This document shows, piece by piece, positions 1 to 10,277 of a DNA stretch of 64,000 nt. The translations under genes were made by a program, and so were the position numbers. The first letter of the stretch is position 1; the number at the start of each line of letters is the position of its first letter. Origin of the DNA: Prorocentrum cordatum (lineage: Eukaryota); NCBI GenBank assembly GCA_963575745.1, contig CAUYUJ010000314.1:496001-560000 (forward strand), given 5' to 3'. The notes beneath the pieces are model-generated. The model ran no database searches and was not told the DNA's origin. It saw only the letters and a list, made by a program, of their open reading frames with translations.

Positions 1-1039
1 CTCTCTCTCTCTCTCTCCCTCCCCTTCCTCTCCCTCTCCCTCTCTCTCTCTCTCTCTCTTTCTCTTTCTGGCATCCCTGGTTCCCATAGATCTTCTTGGC
101 GCAGGTGCTGGTCACGTCGTACGGATGGATTATTGCCGTGGCTCTCTCTCTCTCTCTCTCACGGGGAGGACCCCGACGCACCCAGGAAAGTCCGATGCGC
201 CCACCCAGCGCGACCACGACTAGCTACCAGCCGGGTGCCAGGAGAAATCCCGACGCCCACCCACTGCACGGGGCGCCAACGAGGCGCCCACGACCAGCCA
301 CCACCAACTGGGCACCCGGCGACACCACGGCACGCCCACCCCAACGTACGGGGCGCCCACGAGGCGCCCGCGACCGGCCATCAACCAGCCACCAACTGGC
401 CACCAGGCGAAACCGTGTTACATCTCCGTCAACCCGAAGCAGGAGCCCCTACAGTGCCGTTTTTAATACATGCTCCGCGTGCGGATCATGTATTAAAAAT
501 GCAGGGATTTAGTATTAACAGCAACGATGAGTTCATGCATACATTTATTCATACATTAACCATGTATGAAACATCCTATATGTTCAAGAATCCTATGTAT
601 TAAAAGCTACCCTGTCAGTGCAAGCACCGTGTGGAGAGAAGCCCAGCACTGGAGGAGCATTTTGGGCCGCTTGGGGCGTCTTGGGGGCCTCTTGGAGCAG
701 CTTGCGCGCCTCTCGGGGAGAGCCCTCGAGGCCTCGCGGGGGAGCTCCTGGGGGGCACGCGCGGAGGCAGTGGGGCGATCTCTGGGCGAAGGGCTCCGAA
801 CGCCCCCTCTCGATGCGTCCTGCCCCTGCGGGGCGCGCTCTGGGGTTCCCCTCGGGGCCTCCTGGCCGTCCTGGGTGCCTCCTGGACCGTCTTTGGGCCC
901 CCTGGGGCCGGCAACACCAGATCTCACCGTCTCGCTTCGCTTCACCTCAGAAATCTGGATCGCATGGCGCTAGAGCGGCCCGCCGCGACAGGTACACGCC
1001 AGCACCGCGATGCGCTTCCTCTCCAGGGTCCATGGGTCA

Positions 1040-2420
1040 CGCGAGGCTGACAGGACCCATGGGCTCTGCAGGGTCAGCGGGCTCAGAGGCCTCTCCGCCG
1101 CCATTTGGTCTCAGAGGCTCGGAGCCTCAAATGGGAAGAGGGGTAATTCAGCCAGCGCGGCTCATGGGGATCATGAGGCTCCGACGGCCCGCAGGTGTGA
1201 TTGAGTGCATAGGGTTCCTCGGGCCGATGAGCTCATGAGGGTTCTGGGGCTCGCAGGGGCCTTGGCCAAACAGAAGTCACGGGCTCTCGGGCCCCATAGC
1301 GGGCGGGCTCATCGAGCTTCTGAGGTTCATGGGGTTCATAGAGGTCACTGTGTCCAACGTGTCCATAAGGCTCATAGGTTTCATAGCGGGTGTTGGGGGT
1401 CATGGGGCTCATATGGCCCATGGGGCTCATACGGCTCATAGGGCTGCGGAGGCTCCTTGGGGTCATGCGGCTCGTGGGGCCCGTGGGGCTGACAGAGCTC
1501 AAATGGCTCGCAGGGCTTATGAGGCTCACAGGCGACATGGGGCTCAGAGGACCCATAAAGCTCATAGGGTTCATAGGGCCTATCGGGGTCATGCAGCTCG
1601 CACGGCTCATAGGGGTCATAGGGCTTATGGGGTTCGGAGGGCGCATCGGGCTCATCGGGGCCACAGGGCTCATGGGGCTCATAGTGGCCACGAGGGCTCA
1701 TGGGGGCCATCGGTCTCGCGGCACTGAGGGCGTCGATGTGCTCGCAGGGCTCGGCGGGCCCGTCAAGCTCATGTAGGCTGATGGTGCCGCGTCCACCAGA
1801 CGCTCGGGAGCAAGGTCGCTAGTGAGCTCCTAGGGGAGTTGTCTGGGGGGCCCCTTGGAGGGCACACTTGACTCAGTGGTCTCGTAGGGTTCGTAGGGGA
1901 GATAGGGCTCGGAGGGGTCGAAGGCTCATGAGTTCATTCGGATCATGGCGCTCGTAGTGGTTGGAAGGCGCATGAGATCGTGAGGAGTATAGGGTCACAG
2001 GGCGCATTGGGCTCGTGATCTTATGTGGTGCGTAGAGGTCGTAGGGCTCATAGGGCAAATGGGGCTGATAAGGGGCTCAGAGGGCTCGTAGCGTTGACTG
2101 GGTCGTAGGATTAGTAGGGCTCGAAGGTCTCGTAAGGGCCGTCGGGCTCATAGGTAACGTAGGGCTCAGGAGCTCATTGGACTCATGGTTTCGTAGGGCT
2201 GATAGGGGCTCACAGGGGAGGATTTCGGGGGTCTCGGGGAGGGGCGTAGGGCTCGTAGGCCTCGTAGGGCTCATGGGGCTCGTACGGCTCATAGGGTTCG
2301 TAGGTGTGGCAGGGCTCATAAGAGGTCATCAGGATCATGGGGTTCGTAGGGGTTGTGAAGTTCACGAGGTTGATCAGAATACAGGGCCATATGGCGCATC
2401 AAGCTCATAAGGGGTGATAG
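1040..2420. repeat. Degenerate short-period satellite (GGGCTCAT / GGGCTCGTA-type units)
   Basis: Dozens of diverged gggctcat/gggctcgta motifs; overlapping ORFs are low-complexity translations. Confidence 0.8.
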
Positions 2421-3693
2421 AGTTTGTTGGGCTTCCGGGGGGGGCTCTTGAGAGCGTTTTGGGAGCTTTGAGGGCGTCATGAGGACCTCTTGGGCCTCTG
2501 GGGGCCTTGATGGCGTCTCAGGGGGCTCCGTGGCAGTGTCCATGACCATCCTTGGGGAGAGGGCTCGAAATGTCAATTCGATGGGTGCCCTTCTTTGGGC
2601 CGTCTTGAGGCGTCCTGCGGACCCTTTTTGGGGGCAGTCCGGAGATCTTCTTGGGCGGTTTTAGGGCTCTTCTGAAGAGCCACTTTCGTCGTGGAAAAAC
2701 AGCGAGCACAAACAAAATGTGTGTCAAACAGCTATACGAACACGCATGAACATCCACTGATTTTGACATCCAGCCCTGTTAGGGGGACATTTGGGGCTCT
2801 CGTGGGGCCGAACATCCCAACCTGAAGGGCGGTACACAGAGCAAAAAAAGGCCAGAACCCTCATACCGTAGCGTAAACGTTAAGCCTGACATCCCAACCG
2901 GAGCTCAAACACCCCAGCTCGAGCACCCTCACCCGGACACCCGAATCCGAATACCCAAACCTGAACACCCAAACCTGAACACCATGACTCCCAAACACTA
3001 ACTTCCGACCGCCTCACCCGAACACCCGAGCAAGTGTACTTGGAAGCTTCTGGCAAGCCTACTTGAGGCCTCGGAAATGCACATGTTTCCTCTTGGGGCC
3101 CTTTCGAATGGTTCTACAGCCCTCTTGAGCCGTCCTGGGGCCCTTCTGGGCTGTCTTGCCGGGCTTTGGCCGTCTTGGGCCTCTACTGGAGGCCCCCTTG
3201 GGGGTCTTGTGGGGCCCTTTCGGGCTGTGTTGGGGGCCTCTTGGGCGGTCTTGGGGCCCTTTGGGGCTGTCATGGACCCTCTGGGGCCTAGAGGCGATTT
3301 GGGGGGCCTCCTGGCCAGGCCGTCAGAGCCGTCTTGGGCCGTTTTTTGCCCGAAGAAGCAAAAATCCCAACACCTTTCAAACCCTTACGGGAAATCAGTG
3401 ACTGTTGCCTCCTCAAGCCCTCTCGGGGGTTCTTTTGGGGCATTCGGGGGCGTTTGGGGTAGCCTCGCGAGCCGCCTTGAGGCCGTATTTGGCCGCTTCG
3501 GGGCCTCTTAGTGCTCTCGGGCCCCTCTCAGGTTGTTCTTGAAGCGGTCTTGGGCCGTTCCGGTGGGACCATCCGGGAAGCGATTTGGGGCCCGCCCGGG
3601 CGATGGGAGCGCCCGGGTCCGAATGGATGTGCGAGGGGGGTCCCGTTTAAGAGCATTCGCAGAGCAATCTATACACATATATATATATACACA

Positions 3694-4580
3694 TAAGACT
3701 GCATTGGCGCTTCGCGCCGTGCACCTTGACCCTGTAAGTTTGGTGTGCAGGCGGAATGGCAGGAAGGTCAAACAGACAATTTAGCGATACATCCTTGTTA
3801 CTTTTCTGGCATCGCCGTAATAATATTCTTCGTTATCCTTCCTCCATGCTTCTTTTTCTTCATTTTAGTCATACCATGCAGATTAATTCCCCATACTCCT
3901 CAGCTCTTTTTGCGGACGGTCCTCCCTGGAGGGCCTCCTGGGGCCTCGCACAAGTTTTTCAGGCTTTCTGAAGGCCTTCTGGAGGCCTCCTGGGCGTCTT
4001 CTGGGGGCCTCTGGGGGCTTCCTCGGGCCGCCCTGCCTCCAACCGCGGTTTCCCTGAACGACCAGGTCACGATTTGGAATGCTTCGGAGGGTGTCTTGAG
4101 GCCATCTTGGGCTGCCATGGGGCTCTATTAGGCCATCTTGGAACCCAGTTGTGCCGTCTTGGGGCTCTCTTGGACTGCCTGGAAGCCCTTTCGGATGATT
4201 TCGGGATGATTTTCGAGCCTCCCAGGTAATCTCGGACGCCCAGAAGATCGAAGAACAGGGCATTCCCAAAATTATGTAACAACTTTTTGGGAAATCAGAA
4301 TTTTCTACGTTTTGGAAACCTCTTGGGGGTCTTCCTTGGGTCGTCTTCGGAGGTCTGGTGGGTGTATGGGGCCTCTTGGGGCCCTCGGGGGGGCGTTCGG
4401 CCGCCCTCCTGACCGATTTGGGCCCGTTGCCTAGGCCCAGGAGCTCTGAGACGCCTGGAGGGCTTCCTGCAGGGGCGTCCAGTGGGTCCTCGGGGCCACG
4501 CATCTGGGGGGTCCAGAGGGTCCTGGGGGCCCGGGATTTGGGGGGTCCGATTTCGGAGGGGGGGGTCCGGGTAATAGAAT
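3694..4580 (-). mobile_element. Non-autonomous Helitron-like element, copy 1
   Basis: Homologous to 8134-9035 (inverted) and 19812-20635. On the minus strand it ends in hairpin GGCGC-GAA-GCGCC (3706-3718) followed by CTTA|T. Flanked by TA-rich microsatellite; 5' boundary approximate. Confidence 0.55.
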
Positions 4581-5105
4581 CATATACATGGGAATGTGTT
4601 ATATATATACATGTAACGGGGGACTGGGGCCGGGGGCCGGGGGCCGGGACCCCAACCACAAATGTGTGGCCCGGGGCCCGGGCCCGCCCTTGGGAGGCTT
4701 AAAATCGCCCCAGCGAGCCCTCAGACAGCAATCCCGGCGGCCCCAGGCGGTCTCGAGACACCCCCAAGACGACGTCCAGGGGTTTCCGTCGACGCACGAT
4801 GCGTTTAAATTGCCCCGGAGGCCCCCATGACGCCCCAAGAGGTCTTTAAGATGCCGCCGACGAGCGCCCCGAGAGGGGCAAAATCGTTGATTTTCATTTT
4901 TGTTTAAAAAGATGTTTTTGTTTTGCATTCTCGCTGTTTCGTGTTTCCGGCGCTGAAGCACCGCCCAAGAGTCTCCCCAAACCGCTCCAAGACGGCCCAA
5001 GAGGCCCCCAAGAGGGCCCCAAGACGGCCCGAGAGAGCCCAGAGACGGCCCCAGAGCCGCCCAAGACGGCGCAAGAGGGTCCCAAGAAGGCCCCAACAAG
5101 AGGGG

Positions 5106-5127
5106 TCCGTAGCCATTTTGGCTCAAG
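5106..5127 (+). other. Perfect genomic copy of the dinoflagellate spliced leader (DinoSL)
   Basis: TCCGTAGCCATTTTGGCTCAAG matches DCCGTAGCCATTTTGGCTCAAG at 22/22; followed by CCATTTGTTTTGCCCAG (5128-5144), resembling an older truncated SL relic. Confidence 0.95.
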
Positions 5128-5201
5128 CCATTTGTTTTGCCCAGTGGAGGTGTCCAGTTTGATATCGTGTCTGATTCCTGTCTGAACGGCTCCCCGCCGC
5201 C

Positions 5202-5800
5202 ATGTTCTGCGCCATGTTTCAGGATGGTGGGGCGGCTCTCGCCGAGCAAGGGACGGGGAAGGTGGCGCGCGCTGAGCCGGACGGGATCAGCTTCCAACCG
5301 AAGAGCTGGTCGCCTTCTCCGACTCCGTCGACGACGGCCAGGACGCCAACGCGCACGAGACGAGCCGGGGCGCCACCGCGATGCCGAAGGACGGCGACGA
5401 GCTGGCGCTCCTCGAGGCGGCGTCCCTCGCCGACCCGCGCCCTCGCCCCCCCAGGCGCCTCAGGTCCGCGGCGTACTGGGAGCAGAAGGCCGCCGCCGTC
5501 GCCGCCAAGTGGCCCGCGCGTTCGCCTTGGGAGCCGGGCGTGAGGCCGCGCCGCCCGTACCTCGACGAAGGTTGGAGCGGTCAGGCCGGCAGCCGCGAAT
5601 GGCACCGCCTCGAGCCGGCGGCGCCCGCGGCGCCCGCGGCGCCCGCAGCGGTGTGCACCGAGGGCGACGGCGCGGTGCGCAGCCCCGGGAGCTTGGCGGG
5701 CGCCATCTCGATGGCGCTTCGCCGCAAGGGGCGCGGGCCTCCCGCGCCGCCGGGGTCGCCCTCGGCGGCGCACGGGGCAGCGCCGAACGCGCGCGGCTGA
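5202..5800 (+). pseudogene. SL-headed processed retrocopy of an unknown protein, apparently frameshifted
   Basis: ATG at 5202, 75 nt after the SL. Protein-like reading continues in another frame (EELVAFSDSVDDGQ...MPKDGDELALLEAA...) to TGA at 5800. No recognisable domain. Confidence 0.5.
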
Positions 5801-8060
5801 GCTCGAGCAGACGTCGGCGGTGAGTCCAGGGGGAGGAGGAGGAGGAAGCGGAGGACTGTGGAGGTGGAGGAGGAGGAGGAGAGGGGGCCAAGCGCCGATC
5901 CAAGAGAGTCCTCGGAACGCGACCCAGCGGCAGTGGATCTGGTCATATTCTAGCGGCGTGCCTTGCCCGGGAGCGCGCGGGTCTCGCGTCGCTTGCCGGG
6001 GCCCGTCTCGCCGGGCCGTCGGCGGCGCGCCGCGGGTGCTCGAGCGGAGCCTCTGCCCCTCCTTCCCTGACTTTCCAGGAGGGCCAAAAAACATAAACAT
6101 AGCTCTCTGGAAGGTCAGGGTTGGGCCCTCGCCTCTTCCCGCGAATGTGGCATGCACGAGGTATTATCAGAAGAGCTTTCCTGGTCGCGACGCCCGTGTT
6201 TTCACACGCATCGGGCCGCTGTTCTAGGGGCCCAGCTTCTTTCGTTCGAGCATGTTCTGGGCTCCAGAAGCATGTCGTGGTAGGCCTATGGGGGTGCCTG
6301 GGCGGTCGGTCCCTGCTCAAGCCCCCCTGGAGCCAGGTCCCCATTTTTCCACCGCCAGAAAATATGTCCACATCCAGCGTTTCGGAGTCGTGCCCTGGGA
6401 TTTCGAGAAACAGTGGATATGTTCTTAAGTTCGGATGGCTTGGGTCGTGTCATCTGTGCCCTCCTCTCGGTCGGCTGCGGCCCTGGCGGCACCACGGGCC
6501 CGAACGACTGTCGCAGCACCGCGAATATCTGGAGCCGTCGCGGACGTGGTCCTGGGATAATTCTGGCACGACGGCTCAATGATTGACGACGCCGCCTGCC
6601 TCGCGCGCCAGGCGCACGGCGCGCATGGTTGCCCCTGGAGATTGTCGGATGAATGGATTCGGGATGACCCGAAGGTTTTGTGCCAACCACTCCACTGCAC
6701 CTGCTGCACTGCGCGGCTTGGTTCCTTGTGGAAGGTTTCTTGTAGTTTGGCCTCCATTGTGATGTGCAAGCGATGTGCCGTCCAGGCACGGTGCGCGGTC
6801 CAGGCGCGGTTCGTATTTTTGCAGCACGATTCAAGGTTACGATATGCCAGAGGTTCGGCGCCTCACGCGTTAGGACGTGAGGCTGTGGTTCTTGCCGCTG
6901 TGTTGGGTTTGGTGCCGTCTAGGCACGGTGCCGTTTAGGCAGATGGTTCCCGCCCGCCCAGTGGGATACCCAGCTGTCTGCGGCAGGTTTCCGCCACCGT
7001 GCCGGGGCAGTATTCGGTGTGGCAGCGCGTCGAGTGGCGCCCAGAAGGCCGCAAGGGGAGACCCATGCCAGGAAGCACCTTGCTTGCCTCCAGGCTATGT
7101 GCGCAGCTCCCCGCTCCCTGTTTCGTTAGCGTGTAACACGATCATCTTACTCCTCTCCTTCTCCTCCTCTCCTCCTCCTGCCCTCCCCTTCCCCATCCTC
7201 TTCTTCCTCCTCCTCCTCTCGGCGGCGCCACAATGGCCCCGGGCCCACGGCGAAGCAGTAGCGATCATGCAACATGGCCCGGCGGAATAAACGAAGCGAT
7301 TCAATGATTTCGATGTTCAGTCGTGCGCGCGGCGGTGTCCGCGGACGCCGACGGAAAAAGTCAAGTCGCGCGTTCCGGCATCAAGCGCCGCAGCGCCGCA
7401 GCGCCGCAGCGCCCACATATTGTATGACGACCCTATCAGAGTTTTGGCATTATGTGTCACCATCTACTTTGGCCGGGCACAGTGCCTCATGCTGCGCTGC
7501 GACGTAGAAGTGTTCGGCCCAACATCGTTCCACGGGAGTCGTTCTACCTATGCGCCCAGTGGTGGCCTTACCTCCTTGAGCGCGGTAACTTTTTCATTTA
7601 ATACCGCGCCCATTGTAGGTTTCTTTGGAAGCGCTTTAGCGCCCACATTTTTTATGACGAGCTTCCGAGACTCTATCAGAGGTTTTGTCATTATGTCTCG
7701 CCATCTATGGTTTTGGCGACATTGAAAAAAAAGGCCCCAAGAGGGGCCCAAGAGAGGGAACGCGAACTGAAAACTCTAGCTCTCCGCCCCAAGGTGCCCA
7801 CAAGAGGCCCCAAGATGCCCCCAGGAAGCCCCCAAGAGGCCCCAAGAGGCCCCCAAGAGGCCCCAAGAGGCCCCAAAGAGGCTCCAAGAGGCCCCCAAGA
7901 AGCCCCAAAGAGGCTCCAAGAGGCCCCGAGACGGCACCCAAAAGGCTTCAGAACTCTTTCTAAGCGGCCCCCGAAAACATGCCAAGAAGGTCCCATGACG
8001 ACTTCAAGAACCAGCCCAGGATGCCCCGAGGAAGCCCCAAGAAGCTAGCTAGAACTTGAG

Positions 8061-8091
8061 CGCGCGCGCGAAGCGCGCGCGATGGTTCTAG
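8061..8091 (+). mobile_element. Helitron-type 3' terminus (hairpin + CTAG|T)
   Basis: CGCGCGC-GAA-GCGCGCG hairpin followed by ATGGTTCTAG and then T/(TA)n, matching the canonical Helitron end; 5' end not located. Confidence 0.6.
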
Positions 8092-8133
8092 TATATATAT
8101 ATATATATATATATGCACACACATATATTCCTA

Positions 8134-9035
8134 TCCATATATTTTTACAGGGCAGGGGGCCCCAGAAAAAGCGCCCCCCCAACCCCCTAACGAATTTGGC
8201 CCACCCCGGGCCTCTCGGGCAACCCTCCAGACGACCCGGGAGAACCCCACGAGAGCCCGAAGACGGCCCCAGAGGGCTCCCGGCGTTCTGGCGCGCTCCC
8301 GAAACGATTCCAGAGAGCCCCAAGACGGTCCACGACGGCCCCAAAGAAGCCATCATACCCTCAAAGATCGTTTCAAAACGTCCCAAGAGGCTTCCAAGAG
8401 CACTCCCAAGAAGGCCCCAAGAAGCAAAATTCATGGAGTTGTTGGTGAATTTTGGGATTCTCCTCTTTTCGGCTTCCGGACGCTTCAAGCCGCGGTCTTC
8501 TGGGCGTCCGAAGCCGCCTGGGAGATTCGAAAATCGCCCCACGACCATCCGAAAGGGCTTCCAGGCAGCCCAAGAGATCCCCAAGACGGTGCAACTGGTT
8601 CCAAGATGGCCTAATAGAGCCCCAAGGCAGCCCAAGATGGCCCCAAGACACCCTCCGAAGCACTCCAAATCGTGACCCGGTCGTTCAGGGAAACCGCGGT
8701 TGGAGGCAGGGCGGCCCGAGGAAGCCCCCAGAGGGCCCCAGACGACGCCCAGGAGGCCTCCAGAAGGCCTGAAGGAAGCCTGAAAAACTTGTGTGAGGCC
8801 CCCAGAGGCTTTCCAAGGAGGAGCCTCCGCAAAAAGAGCTGAGGAGGATGGGGGAGAATAGGCAGGGTACGGCGAGAATGAGGAAAAGGAAACATGGAGG
8901 AAGGATAACGAACAACATTATCATAACGGCGATGCCAGAAAAGGCAACAAGAAGCTATCGTTGAATTGTCGGCTGGAACTTCCTGCCATTCCGCCTGGAC
9001 CAAGGTGCATGGCGCGAAGCGCCCATGTAGGCTTG
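8134..9035 (+). mobile_element. Non-autonomous Helitron-like element, copy 2
   Basis: Starts A|TCCATAT; ends with hairpin GGCGC-GAA-GCGCC (9011-9023) then CTTG|T. The 3' half is homologous to copies 1 and 3. Confidence 0.6.
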
Positions 9036-9700
9036 TATGTGTATGTATGTGTGTTTACGCATGTTTATGTATGTTTATGTACGTAGGTATGTATATGTAC
9101 ATGCAAAGGTCTATGTATGTGTAGTCGTATGTGTATATGTTTATGTATATGTATATGCATATGTGTATGTATATGTGTGTACATGTGTATGTATATGTCG
9201 ATGTAAATGTATATGTATATGTGTGTATATGTGTATACATGCCTGCATGTATGCATGTATACATGTATGCATACATGCATGTATGCATGTATGCATGTAT
9301 GCATGTATGCATGCATGCATGTATGCATGTATGCATGTATGCATGTATGCATGTATGCATGCAGGCATGTATGTATGTATGTATGCATGTATGTATGTAT
9401 GTATGTATGTATGTATGAATGAATGTATGTATGTATGCATATATGTGTGTATGTGTGTATGTATATGCATGCGTGCATGCATGAAATTATGTAAATATGC
9501 GTGTAGGTCTGTATACATGCATGAATGTATGTCTGTATGAGAGTGTGGACACATGTATGTATGTAGGTATGTATGTATGCATGCATGTATGTTGGTATGC
9601 ATATATATATTTGTATGTATGTATGGATGGATGGATGGATGGATGGATGGATGGCAGGATGGATGGATGGATGGATGTATGGATATCTACATATATGTGA
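9036..9700. repeat. (TATG)/(ATGC)/(GATG)n microsatellite
   Basis: Direct inspection. Confidence 0.95.
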
Positions 9701-10215
9701 ACTCCTCTTTATGTTTTATCAGCCGGGGGGCAGGGACAACCTCCCCAACAAAAATCTGGACCCCGGGGGTCTGGAGCTTCGGGGCCCCCTGGGCGCCCTT
9801 GGAAGAGGCCCCCCCAGCCCTGCCGCGCCTCCCAGGGCGCCTTGCCGGGCCTTGCCAGCAAGCTCAAAGCGATCAGCGAAGTGGTCGGAGAGGCGCAGGA
9901 GAGCCCCACGGCAGCGCAAGACGGTGTCAGGATGGCCCATGAGGCCCAAAGACGCCCCAAGACGCTTTTAGGAGAGCCCCCAAGAGGCAAACATCGCTTC
10001 ACGGCCTCAGGAAAGCGCGTTGTTTTAGCATCTTCGCTTTTTGTGTCGTAGCAGCGTCCAAGACGGCCCAAGACGCCTGCGAGATCGCCCTAAGGCGGCC
10101 CAAGAGACACCCAAGAGGGCTTCAAGCCGGGCAAAGAGGATCCCAAGATTGCCCCAAGATCGCCCAAAAGAAGCTCACGAGGCCCCCAAAGGCTCCCAAG
10201 AGAGACCCACGAGGG

Positions 10216-10229
10216 TCTGTTGGCTCAAG
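10216..10229 (+). other. DinoSL relic at the 5' end of the retrogene
   Basis: TCTGT-TGGCTCAAG resembles SL TCCGT[AGCCATTT]TGGCTCAAG with an internal deletion, located exactly where the host satellite is interrupted. Confidence 0.75.
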
Positions 10230-10277
10230 AACTTGTGGCGCGAATGGTAAGCCTTGCATTTCAAGGCGGCGAACAGT

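Noticed and set aside
1097..1115. Possible SL relic GCCATTTGGTCTCAG
   Set aside because: Needs indels to align, lies within a satellite, and has no downstream gene.
6100..7720. Possible decayed coding sequence on the minus strand
   Set aside because: Short protein-like stretches only; no motif I can assign.
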